Positions 14,700-24,669 of a stretch of 51,402 bases of DNA are shown in pieces. The stretch is taken from contig NW_005434580.1 of NCBI RefSeq assembly GCF_000315625.1, positions 118,846-170,247 of the forward strand, read 5' to 3'. Position 1 is the stretch's first letter; every line of letters begins with the position of its first letter. Made by a program: the position numbers and the translations under genes. The DNA is from Guillardia theta CCMP2712. Its lineage: Eukaryota; Protista; Cryptophyta. The notes under the pieces were generated by a model. That model ran no database searches, was not told the DNA's origin, and saw nothing but the letters and a program-made list of their open reading frames with translations.

Positions 14700-15270
14700 G
14701 AATTATCGCGGGTCAAGGTCATAGCCAACAACCGAGCTCTGATTGAGATCGCCATGCAACAGTACAAGAGCGACTTGTCTCTCACGAAAGGTTTGGAGAT
14801 GTTTGTGAACGAGCATTTGTTGACTGTAGGCCGTGACAAAACGACATTGAGTATGTATGGCACAAAAGTCTGTAATAAGCTGCGAAACTTTGGCTTCGCA
14901 GCGAAGGAAGACTTTGTTCAGAAAGAACTTAAAAACCTCATGCACGAGATCTCAAAACCTTTACACAGACCGCACGTATCGGGTAAGATTTACACAGGGT
15001 ATGTGGTTGGAGGGGAACCGCCGCTTGCAGAAGCGCTTGCGATCGTGATCTCAAAACTACAAGAATGCAAGTTCGTGCAAAACCTGGATGTCCTGCTAGT
15101 CGATGGGGAAGGGAAATGCAAGTGCGTGATAAGTAATGGAGACATCGTTGAATACGGTGAAGCGTAGTCTACGATCTACATGTCGTTATCAACGTGATGT
15201 ATTGCTTTCTGCCAGTGAATGAGCCGGTTCCTCCCCTTTGAGAAGCCGACGCAGCCTCTTCGGGATTTTT
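14700..15270 (+). other. Intronless, tightly packed ORF fragments (5'-truncated + ORF ending 15167; convergent - ORF ending 15176), virus-like
   Basis: Frame is open from the junction (ELSRVKVIANNRALIEIAMQQYK...); convergent stops are only 8 bp apart; no homolog recognised. Confidence 0.35.
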
Positions 15271-15396
15271 TTGCATATAAACGAAAACAAAGAAGCGTAT
15301 CCTTGATAGCAACGAGTTCCCTGTCCGTCGTGTCATAATTGCGCTCGGTAGCAGTCAACAGCCTGCTGTAGTATCCAACGTCGCGAGGGCCGTCTG
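15270..15396 (-). mobile_element. Ty3/gypsy LTR retrotransposon RNase H fragment
   Basis: PDGPRDVGYYSRLLTATERNYDTTDRELVAIKDTLLCFRLY matches the xxSRxLxxAExNYxxxExELLAI motif. Confidence 0.85.
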
Positions 15397-15514
15397 GTCG
15401 CGCGAATGAGGAATCACTGGCTAAAATATAGGCTGAAATGATTCATTTCAGAGAGTACGCAGACAGGATTGCAGCAGGTCAGAATAACATGCAAGTAGTC
15501 AACGAGAATACATC

Positions 15515-15825
15515 AATGCACAGCAGCAGCTCGTGTGCCAGCTGCTCGTTGGTTATCCGGCCGGGCAGCGAAGACAGCCCGGACGCATTCGTCGAGGACG
15601 GTAGCTCTGCGAGCCTCGATCTGCTCTCCTGGGCGTCAGGGCTGATGTGTGACTCCGCGCGGTAGAGGGCGATTGATGCGCTCGGTGAGCTTGTACTCGT
15701 CCGGGACTTTCCAGTCCTTGAAGCGAGCAAGGTAGACGTTGAGCTGCTTAAGGAAGGGCCTCCACGAGCAATACCCCCCCGCCTCAGCATCATCATTGGC
15801 ATCATGGCATCGTGCCTCCATGCAG
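15515..15825 (-). pseudogene. Tcp11/Sok1-family gene fragment (frameshifted)
   Basis: WRPFLKQLNVYLARFKDWKVPDEYKL and TNEQLAHELLL motifs in two frames. Confidence 0.6.
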
Positions 15826-16173
15826 CACTGAGTGCGTTCGGGGCGCTATGGCGGGGAATTTAGGGGGGGCTGCATGCCATGGCAGCCGGAATGTCACGAG
15901 AAAATTCAAATCAATTTTTTGGCGGGCAAAGCTATGTTGTGCCCCACCGAGGCTTCCAGCGGCGAAGAACTGAAAACATGCTCATCATGCCATAGACGAA
16001 GAGAGATGATCGGACCAGCATTCGAAAGTGCCATGGCCCTGCCAGTGTGTCTACTATGTCACAGTGTGCACATCTTGTGTTGCCAAGTTGCTAGGTTCAA
16101 AAACCACAAGACTCGCAATGATCTTGAGCAGCTGTTCTTGCTCTCTAAACCGCTAAAAGGTGGCACACTACCA

Positions 16174-16655
16174 CTCGTAGCCTAGAGGGGGTAGTAGGTA
16201 GTCTCCGCATAATATAACGGGTGTATCGAAGTTTTTCACACACTCCCACTAGCATCAGGTACCGGTTACGGCAGCTCTCTATGAAAACGTGATATAGGGG
16301 TGGTACTCGCAGCCTAGAGGGGGTAGTGCTTTCCCTCTCAGAGGTAGGTAGTCTCCGCATAATATAACGGGTGTATCGAAGTTTTTCACACACTCCCACT
16401 AGCATCAGGTACCGGTTACGGCAGCTCTCTATGAAAAGATGATATAGGGGTGGTACTCGTAGCCTAGAGGGGGTAGTGCTTTCCCTCTCAGAGGTAGGTA
16501 GTCTCCGCATAATATAACGGGTGTATCGAAGTTTTTCACACACTACCACTAGCATCAGGTACCGGTGCTTGCGGCAGCTCTCTATGAAAAGATGATACAG
16601 GGGTGGTACTCGTAGCCTAGAGGGGGTAGTGCTTTCCCTCTCAGAGGTAGGTAGA
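16174..16655. repeat. Tandem array, ~3.3 copies of a ~150-bp unit (periods 132, 150, 153)
   Basis: cctagagggggtag recurs at 16181, 16313, 16463, 16616 with near-identical intervening sequence. Confidence 0.95.
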
Positions 16656-17040
16656 TGATGAAGGCAATCAAGGGGAGAATACTGGAGAGGTCCGAGGCAT
16701 AGGAGGCGATGAAGATCACTATGCCAATGCCATACACGGATCTCATAGTCTTCCACAGCTCGTCCATCTCAGACTAGATGTACAGCTTCTGCTTCTTCGA
16801 GGGTCTCCTGAAGTTATAAAGAGTCTTGGGCTCGGGCGCAGTCGACTTCATGCTCTTCACCTCGCTTGTCAGGGAGATGTTGGATGACGCGTCCTCGTCC
16901 CTCTGGCCCTCTGTCTCTGGATCCACATAGATGACGTTGCTGTTGTTGTTCTCAAAGTAGTTCTCTCTCCCATAAGCCTTTGGCTCCTTCTCGTAGTCCG
17001 CGGTGATGTCCTTTGTGATGCTCTCGGCCTTCATCATCCT
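16650..17040 (-). CDS. Two small intronless head-to-tail ORFs (17040-16774; 16767-~16650 hydrophobic), virus-like
   Basis: 6-bp spacing; second ORF MDELWKTMRSVYGIGIVIFIASYASDLSSILPLIAFIIYL has two hydrophobic segments. Confidence 0.4.
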
Positions 17041-17068
17041 CGGCTCGGTGCTTCCGATATGCAGGAAC

Positions 17069-18047
17069 ATGTTCTACGGCGTCACCATGACCGAGTGCCT
17101 AAGGCCCCAGGTCCTACCCGACGTCGATTACATTGAGGATGACTACGATGAGGATCAAAACGACTACTCAACCAACGAAGGTTATCACGCGTTCGACACA
17201 CAGGCCAACCTGGGGGTCAACAACAAAGTCATAGAGCTCCTCACAAACCCCCAGCTCTGTAGGGAGAAGATGCTTAAGATCCTGAAGACGCTGAAGAAGG
17301 AGAGCTTGAAGAATTTCGCTGGCTTGTCCTGTATGCCTCTCAATGATGTCGTAGTGGACGAATACGGAGACGTCAACTGGGACCAGAACCACAAGTATGT
17401 AGATAGCATGCCCTGGAAGCCCGAGCCTCCGACCAGCATAGGCCTCTACCATGCCTTTGATAGGAACTTTGTGAATGACGTGCTCGAGCACAAGCTCTTC
17501 ATTGTGGTTGACGGGGGTTTGCCCAACGCGGTAGACGAGTTCTACAACCTTATGCTCGATGCCGCCAAGGAGACGACCACAAAGGATATCTGCGAGTCAG
17601 AGGAGGTCAACTGGCTCAGGAAGGCAAGCCAGAGGGCAAGGCTCAAGATCATCAAGATGGTGGCAATGAGTTCGGCCTAGATATCCCTACAGAGATAGAC
17701 ATCTACGAGCACTCGACGGAGCCCTGCGAGATTGCGCAGCCCACCTCCGAAACACTACACTGCGACATGATCAAGCTCAACGCCGAGAGCGTGGCGGTCT
17801 ACAACTTCGCATGCAACACCACACTCCAGGAGAACGGGATCCTATGCCCCATGCACCCCTGCGAGGGGATGTGGCTCTTCAAGGGGCCGAGGATGAACCA
17901 CAACAGCTACCACACCTACGGCTCCACCTTTGGCACGGACTACGTCTGCGGCACATTCCCAACGAGCTCCTTCCAGATCATGAAGATCAACGACGGCATC
18001 AAGGGATACTACGACTACAAGTCAAGGATCAAGGACGAGTCGCTAGA
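17069..18047 (+). pseudogene. Intronless virus-like gene, one frameshift near 17668, 3'-truncated
   Basis: ORFs 17003-17680 and 17767-18078 join through frame-shifted EFGLDIPTEIDIYEH...TLHCDMIK; strong C/G-ending codon bias; divergent from neighbour with <40 bp spacing. Confidence 0.5.
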
Positions 18048-19072
18048 ATGTTTGGACAAGGCAGTATGGCAAGGCTGATGTCCTTGCGAGAGCATATCAT
18101 CGTGTGTTCGCACAGGTGTACCGATTGCGGCATGTCAGCTAGTGGTACTCCAACCAAGACAGAAATATTGAAAGGCATGAAAGAGATGAGGGTTGAAGTG
18201 CGAGATGCCATCAAGGAGGAGATGAAGGTAATCGAGGAGAAGATGGATGAGAAGATGAAGGTAATCGAGGAGAAGATGAAAGAACTGGACCACAAGTTTG
18301 ACGATTTCAAAACTGTGATCAGGGACGAACTGCGAACGAATTTAGGTTTTGTTGCTGGATGGATGAGGGATGTACGAGGTCCTAGTGGAGGGCAGGTTAC
18401 ATCTGGAAGCATGGACTTCACAGAGGCTTTCCGCATCGTCATGCAACAGGTTGCCAATATAGGACAACAGGTGCAGCAGATGGGCAATATAGGGGAGCAG
18501 GTGCAGGCCGCCGTGGGTGAAGCTATGCGACAGATGGTACTGGATGGAGCAGGCCATGTTATGATGGCACATGGGGTGAGCAACGTGATGCCAGATGCTG
18601 ACTCGAATGGAAGATTGAATGAGAGTGAATCGGAGGAAGGTGCAGAAGTGAGCAGGGAGGGGACACCGGAGAGGAATGCGGTGCTGGTTTCATCACCAGG
18701 ACAGGGGGATGATGGCAACGGTGAGATACAAGTTGGAGGGGATGACTTCGAATGGGAAGGATGGGTGCCTGGCAGACACATGGTCCCGTTGGCTTGGCGA
18801 TTTCCTTGCGGTGCAGAGTTCGAAATATGTTCATGTGGTGGAATCTGGGGCAAGATGTCATCGTGGAAGGACAAGTGAGGAGGATTCGGCCCTTAAAGCA
18901 CCTCAGTCAGGTTCCTTTCTCCGCAGACGTGAAGGATGAGAACACGAGGAAGAATGTGTACAAGCAGGTTCGTATTGAGATGTCACTGGCAGTTGAAGAC
19001 CATCAGGTAGAGGCGAATAGAAATAGGGAGAGTGGACAAAGGACGTATGCAGACATTCTCCAGAGCACGTAG
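18048..19072 (+). mobile_element. C-terminal part of Crypton tyrosine recombinase protein (frameshift near 18808)
   Basis: CTDCGMSASGTP (ATGIP-like box), coiled coil, then HMVPLAWRFP..RVRNMFMWWNLG..IRPLKHL, resembling Crypton C-terminal DNA-binding regions. Confidence 0.65.
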
Positions 19073-20004
19073 TGTAGAGAATTTACAGTTCGTTCCTGAA
19101 TGAAATCATTGTTGAGTTGATACATGTGTGTTAAGCCCTCATGTGGAAATGGAATGTTGGAAAGAATGAGTCTCTCGCTACGATGCCAAAGCGATGGTAG
19201 GTTGTGATGATATACTCAAGGGTACTTTTTGGGATGATGATGACAATGAGAGCAACAGACAATGCAGTTGATCAGGTATCATACTGCACTGCAAATCAAG
19301 GGGATGGTGGGTATTGTGACAGCGAAGGGATGCCGGAGTATGCTTTGTTGGAGTTGAGGTTGTGAGATGCCGTGGTATCAGCTGCCATCTGGCATGTTTG
19401 TGATGGATGGAGATGGAGGAGATATTCGCATGAATCACTGTCTTGATGACATGCTAAACATGATCTGTGGAGTGCATATTGTCATGTACGGCATTATGGA
19501 TTTTCATGCACTGATGCCAAGCTGGATTCAGGGTCAGTTATGTTCCAAAAGGAACGTTGCGTGCCAACCATATTGCACAGTATTGCATATCGTCAGGTGT
19601 TACAGATTCATGAACATGGGGGCGAATGAGGGGTGACATGGAGTTTGAAGCTCAGGGGTTTATCATGATTGGAGAGAGATGTTACTTCTTTGGCATTGAC
19701 CACATCTAGATGCTGCATATTGATGAGTGATGACAACGTGATGACAACGTTCCCACCACCATCAGTGAATTGTCTGCAGACTGGAGTGCAAGGCTGTGAC
19801 GGATCAGTGCAAGTCCGAGACGGGACAGTCAAACCATGAGCAAGCTGTCGTCTTGATACTTGGAGGGAAGATCGGGAGCCTGGATTCAGAGGTCAGGTGA
19901 TGGGTGAGGAGGTGTTCCGACGCCCACAAGTACCTGACAAAGGCGAATGCGCAACCGCAACGATCCGCCATGAAAGCAACGCCGAAATGGCTTAAGTGTG
20001 AAAG

Positions 20005-20379
20005 GCCTGGTACAAATTTGTACCAGGCATGAGTACCATGATTGTCAGGGAACTTGAGTGAAATCTCTGGATATCCGGTACAGTCCTTTTGTACCAGTAA
20101 ATACGTCCTACAACAGTAATAAACTGCGCTTGTCCATGACTCAATTAAAAATATAATATTACGCGGTGTCATGGACCGGTGGTAACACCCCTTCGATTGA
20201 ATTATGCAACTTTATTGAAATTCCCCCGATGGGTGGGGTGGTGGTGCTCCACTACCCACCATTGGCTTTGATTATACTTACAGGCAGTGGGGAATGTAGG
20301 GGGTGCTGTGCTGTAACTATAATATATACAACACTATGGATCCCTTACGTTTTATAATATATATTATAAAACGTAGGGA
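20005..20379. other. Cluster of palindromes / inverted repeats
   Basis: 24-bp perfect palindrome 20005-20028; 9-bp IR 20132-20140/20168-20176; 30-bp perfect AT-rich palindrome 20346-20375. Confidence 0.85.
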
Positions 20380-20568
20380 GAAGGAGCATCGGGGACGTAC
20401 GGGAGAACTGCTACCTATAAAAAAATATGGGTGACCCCTGGCATCACCCAACCCCATCAATCATGGAGAAATGTGACTGATTTAGAGGGTCACGGCGCAG
20501 TGAAGTTGACAAGCCTTCAAGGTGTGTGTGTGGGGGGGGGGGGGGCCGAAGCCTCGTTCTCCCAAGAA

Positions 20569-23500
20569 ATGCAGGCAGAACAGTGTTCGCGACCATCTCG
20601 CCAGCTGTCGGAGGCAGCGAAGGCAGCTCTCCGAGATTTTTCGCTTCAGTTGAAGTATCTCGGGAAAAAATCCCTCGACATAGAAGGTTTCAAGACTCTC
20701 CTAGAAACCATCCAGTATCGTCCGGGTGAAGACGTTGAGCCAATTTTCTCTGAGCTGCTTGTCCAAGTTTCCGCAGCCTGCGGAAAGGAAGTCAAGGAAG
20801 TCACCGTCGAAGACCTTGCAAGCCTGTACAGGTCGGACCCGTACTACATCCTCGACTGCGGTCTCGAGCCCGGAGAGGCTCAAATGACCTTCATCGACGA
20901 GTGCATCGAGGAAGTGGACGTGGACAAGAGTGGTGAACTCGATCGAGAGGAGGTGAAACTGCTGATTCGCAAGCTTCTTGGCACTGTGGGCAGCGATGCT
21001 ACTGTGGACGAGATATTCGCTCAGCTCGACACTGACAAGTCCGGTACTCTTGACCGGAAAGAATTGAAGCACGGTCTCCTGAGGTTCAACGTTCGTCCTC
21101 ACGACGGCTTGGACGGCCTCAATCACAACCTCATCGATCCTACTCAAGCCACAAATGACCAATTCTTAGCAGTGATGGAGAAATATGCACTGGGGCACAG
21201 TGCTGTCAACCACCACCTTCTGGTGAACATCGCTTGCGGGGCCTTAGGCAAAGACACTGCTTTCGTTGCCCTTCGTTTCTTTACTGCGTATAAACACTTC
21301 TCTGGCCGGTTTCTGGCATCTTCCAAGAAGCTAGAAGCCCATATCACCGACAAAGAGCATGGCAAAGTTCTTGCTGAAAACATTTCTGAAGAAGAAGGAA
21401 ACTATTCCGAGGAAGATATCCAGCTTCTCGTCGACAAGTTCGGTATTTCTCGCGACACTTTCTTGGGTGTGAAGCATACTATCCTCTTTGATAAGTTGTT
21501 AAAGAAGCTGGAGAAGTACTGTGGATTATCTTATGATGGGTTCATCCCAGACGATGTGGCAAGCAGCATATCGACGATCGTCGATTCCTGCAACGACGTG
21601 GAGAGTCTACTGGCGCTCCTGTATCTTGGATCTGAGTTGATCGTACCTCACTTCTACAATCTCCTCGCGCAGGGCCTCAAACTCACCACCGACTTGACCA
21701 ACGACGACTTGGCCTTCCTCGTCATTCACACCAGCTTGGACGTGCACCACGCTAGTGCCATGCGGAACATCGTACTTGCACACTGCCACACTGCCGAAAG
21801 TCGCAAGACGATCATGCACACAACAAAAAGAGTCATGGACAGTCGTGTCAGGTTTATGGAAGGTGTTGCTGCCCTGTCGCATTCCAGACGAAACGATCTG
21901 GAAGCACACCAGTCGGCGAGCGCTCTCTACGACAAACAGTCTTTAAACTGGGTACGAGACAAACCTACTTGCCTGAGCGACTTTACTGGAAGACCTCGCG
22001 TGGTCGCAGCTGTGGAAGACGTCCTCTCTAAGGGCGACGCCACGGTGCTCGACGTCGGCTGTGGCGAAGGCTACATGTCACGAACCTTCATGGCGATGGG
22101 CGCCAGAAAGGTCATTGGAATCGACATATCTGAAGAGATGATCGCCCGCGCCAAGTCCATGGCGAAGCAAGGTGAATACTACATCACAGGAAACGCAGCT
22201 GAACTGCGGCAGAGCCTCCAAGACACTGTGGACCAGACCAACATTGTTCTTGGAGCCGCTTTCGAAGTGGGTTTCTGCGACCTTGCTGTGGCTGTTTTCC
22301 TCTTCAACTACATGACGATCCACGACATGACCAGTTGCATGAGCGATGTCTTCAGCGCTCTCAAGCCGGGAGGTACCTTTGTCTTTAGTGTGCCTCATCC
22401 TGCGATCATCCAGTTTACGACGGACACATTCGGCTTCAAAGGTGAGGCGGGTGACCAAAACCGTTACTTCTCTCTGAGAGACCAAGTCATCTCGGGCCAC
22501 ATCAAGAAGACGGATGGGACTGTTCTGAACGTTCGAATGGTGTTCAAAACCCTCGACGACTATTTCAAGGCCCTTTCTACTATTGGCTTCGAAATCGTCA
22601 CCTGTGAAGAGGCTCGAGTGAAGCCCGAGCACATGGCATCGAACCCGAGCTTCTTTGCCAGCGTCAGTGACGCCCCTCTTCACCTTGTCTTTAAGGTGCG
22701 CAAGCCCAAGTCTGTGTCGAGAGTGAACGGAAGCTCGTCTCTGGACTTGCTTCCCAAGAAGATCATGTGGACCTCTACTATGATGCGAGACATCAAGAAG
22801 TCCCTCGTCATGCCCCTGCCAATCGCCGCGAACGACGAGCTCTGCACTGTGGCACTGCGGTGCTACGAAGAAGGAATCACGGCGGAGACTTTTGAGATGG
22901 GCGCGCACGCCTCATGCGACGAGCTGAAGTCAGTCAAGTTATTCTGCCGGGAAGTCCGCCGGAACTTGCTCGAAGAGACCGGAAGTGCCCTGATCCGTGG
23001 ACTCGACATGACAAGACTCGGAGGCGTCGAGCAGCTTGAGAAGATGACCGCCTGCAGCAAGCTAGCTTTCTTCATCCTCAGCTCGTTCATCGGCAAGGTC
23101 GACGCCACCGCCCGAGGAAGGCTCTTCGACGTGAAGAGCGCCCAGCTCAACGCGATGGAAAAAAAGGCGGACAACGTCCTCTTTTCTGTATCCGACTCAG
23201 AAGCTGGGTGGCACACGGACGGCGCATCGCGTGATAACGTATACGATGTCGTGTCGCTGCTGTGCGTTTCTCCGGCCCCGAAAGGAGGGGCCTTCAGAGT
23301 GTCCAACTTCTGCAATGCGTTCGAGCGCATGCAAGCCCAGCTACCCAAGTTTTTGCTCTACGAGCTGCTTCGCTCCGTTCCGCGAGACGTGCTCGAGAAT
23401 GGAGCCGGAAAGGGATCAATAGGCGGCAGCATGCAGCTGAGTCGCAGTGCCGGCCTGCTCGCGCTGCGAATCCGAAACAACTCCTATCCCATCTTCATGA

Positions 23501-23811
23501 TCGACGGAGAGCGCATGCGAGCTCGCTATATGAGATTTTGGATCGAGACCGGCCACGAAAAGACGGGCTGGGACGTGCCCGCCTTCCTGCGCATCGCGAT
23601 GGACGTCCTTGACGATCAGCTGGACGATATTTGTTGTTTTTACGAGCCGCTCGTTCGTGGAGACATGATCTACTCGAACAACGCTCTGCAGGCTCACGCT
23701 CGCGACGCTTTCACCGACGAGGAGGGCGCCCCTCCCCGCCACAAGGTTCGGGTCTGGCTGCAAATCCAGAAGGCCCTGGCTCTAGAGCGCGAGCTGGGTG
23801 GCGAAGAGTAG
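20569..23811 (+). CDS. Intronless ~1080-aa fusion: EF-hand domain + heme-oxygenase-like diiron oxidase (CADD/PqqC-like) + class I SAM methyltransferase + TauD/TfdA-like Fe(II)/2OG dioxygenase
   Basis: EF loops DVDKSGELDREE and DTDKSGTLDRKE; diiron pattern ENISEEEG..KH..GSE..IHTSLDVHH; VLDVGCGEG..GIDISEEM; WHTDG...NNALQAHARDAF..RHKVRVW. Confidence 0.9.
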   Translation: MQAEQCSRPSRQLSEAAKAALRDFSLQLKYLGKKSLDIEGFKTLLETIQYRPGEDVEPIFSELLVQVSAACGKEVKEVTVEDLASLYRSDPYYILDCGLEPGEAQMTFIDECIEEVDVDKSGELDREEVKLLIRKLLGTVGSDATVDEIFAQLDTDKSGTLDRKELKHGLLRFNVRPHDGLDGLNHNLIDPTQATNDQFLAVMEKYALGHSAVNHHLLVNIACGALGKDTAFVALRFFTAYKHFSGRFLASSKKLEAHITDKEHGKVLAENISEEEGNYSEEDIQLLVDKFGISRDTFLGVKHTILFDKLLKKLEKYCGLSYDGFIPDDVASSISTIVDSCNDVESLLALLYLGSELIVPHFYNLLAQGLKLTTDLTNDDLAFLVIHTSLDVHHASAMRNIVLAHCHTAESRKTIMHTTKRVMDSRVRFMEGVAALSHSRRNDLEAHQSASALYDKQSLNWVRDKPTCLSDFTGRPRVVAAVEDVLSKGDATVLDVGCGEGYMSRTFMAMGARKVIGIDISEEMIARAKSMAKQGEYYITGNAAELRQSLQDTVDQTNIVLGAAFEVGFCDLAVAVFLFNYMTIHDMTSCMSDVFSALKPGGTFVFSVPHPAIIQFTTDTFGFKGEAGDQNRYFSLRDQVISGHIKKTDGTVLNVRMVFKTLDDYFKALSTIGFEIVTCEEARVKPEHMASNPSFFASVSDAPLHLVFKVRKPKSVSRVNGSSSLDLLPKKIMWTSTMMRDIKKSLVMPLPIAANDELCTVALRCYEEGITAETFEMGAHASCDELKSVKLFCREVRRNLLEETGSALIRGLDMTRLGGVEQLEKMTACSKLAFFILSSFIGKVDATARGRLFDVKSAQLNAMEKKADNVLFSVSDSEAGWHTDGASRDNVYDVVSLLCVSPAPKGGAFRVSNFCNAFERMQAQLPKFLLYELLRSVPRDVLENGAGKGSIGGSMQLSRSAGLLALRIRNNSYPIFMIDGERMRARYMRFWIETGHEKTGWDVPAFLRIAMDVLDDQLDDICCFYEPLVRGDMIYSNNALQAHARDAFTDEEGAPPRHKVRVWLQIQKALALERELGGEE

Positions 23812-24669
23812 GAGCTCCACTCTTACAAGCGGACACGTTTGTGCAGTGTGACACTTGTTCTGGATGGTGCACTAGAACAACTTTTATTGTGTGGTCTAGT
23901 ATATGTATCGTCCGTATCTATATACAAATTGTTCACTCCCTTCCATTCGCTGGAAGCTCTTCTTTGAATCGAAACGAACGAACCTGAAACAAGCAAACTG
24001 AACAAACATGCTGTCAAGGGGTTTTTCTGCTCAAGAGTGAAAAAGTCTTCATGGACATACACATGTCAGTGTGAATGATGCAAAAGATGACTGATGTTGT
24101 CGGTGGAGGAGGCTGAGGATTTAATCGGGTGACGATGCCGATGAGAATGATGAAGTTGGTGAGATGATGAAGAGGCCCGAGCTTCGAAAGGAGCAAGGTG
24201 TTGATGAGGGAAGGGACTCATGATGGAGAGATGTCAGTGATGAGGAGGAACGAGTTGATGATGAAGACGATGACAAGCTTCAATTCAACTTCACTCGCAT
24301 GTCAGGCGGTGAGAGTTGCCATTCACCGTACCAGTCGGAGAAGATGGTATGGTCAATCCTTGAGAAATATCAAGGTCAACACATGGTAACAGAAACGGAG
24401 AGGCATGATCCTAGCATGATCCTGTTCCAACAGGAGAGAAATGGCATCCATGAAGTTTATTCAGATCTCATGGCTGACCGCACAGACATGCATTGAAAAA
24501 GGTAAAGAAAACAATAATGGCGACCCTTCATTATCGCTTCTTGCCAGAACCATTGAATCATGGTGGAAGAAGAGCCAGTCGAAGCAAGCGATGCTTCAAG
24601 ACTAAATCAGTAGACTTCACCTGTCAGACTGCAGGGGTAAGCTGTTGGCAACACAAACGATGTTCGACT

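Noticed and set aside
16174-16655. CRISPR-like array
   Set aside because: Whole units repeat with no unique spacers; eukaryotic context and no cas genes
17811-18878. 355-aa ORF as a single gene
   Set aside because: Its first ~80 aa are an alternative frame of the virus-like gene; only the part from ~18048 is Crypton-like
19100-20000. Second gene inside the Crypton-like region
   Set aside because: Only short ORFs with no recognisable motif; cannot be supported
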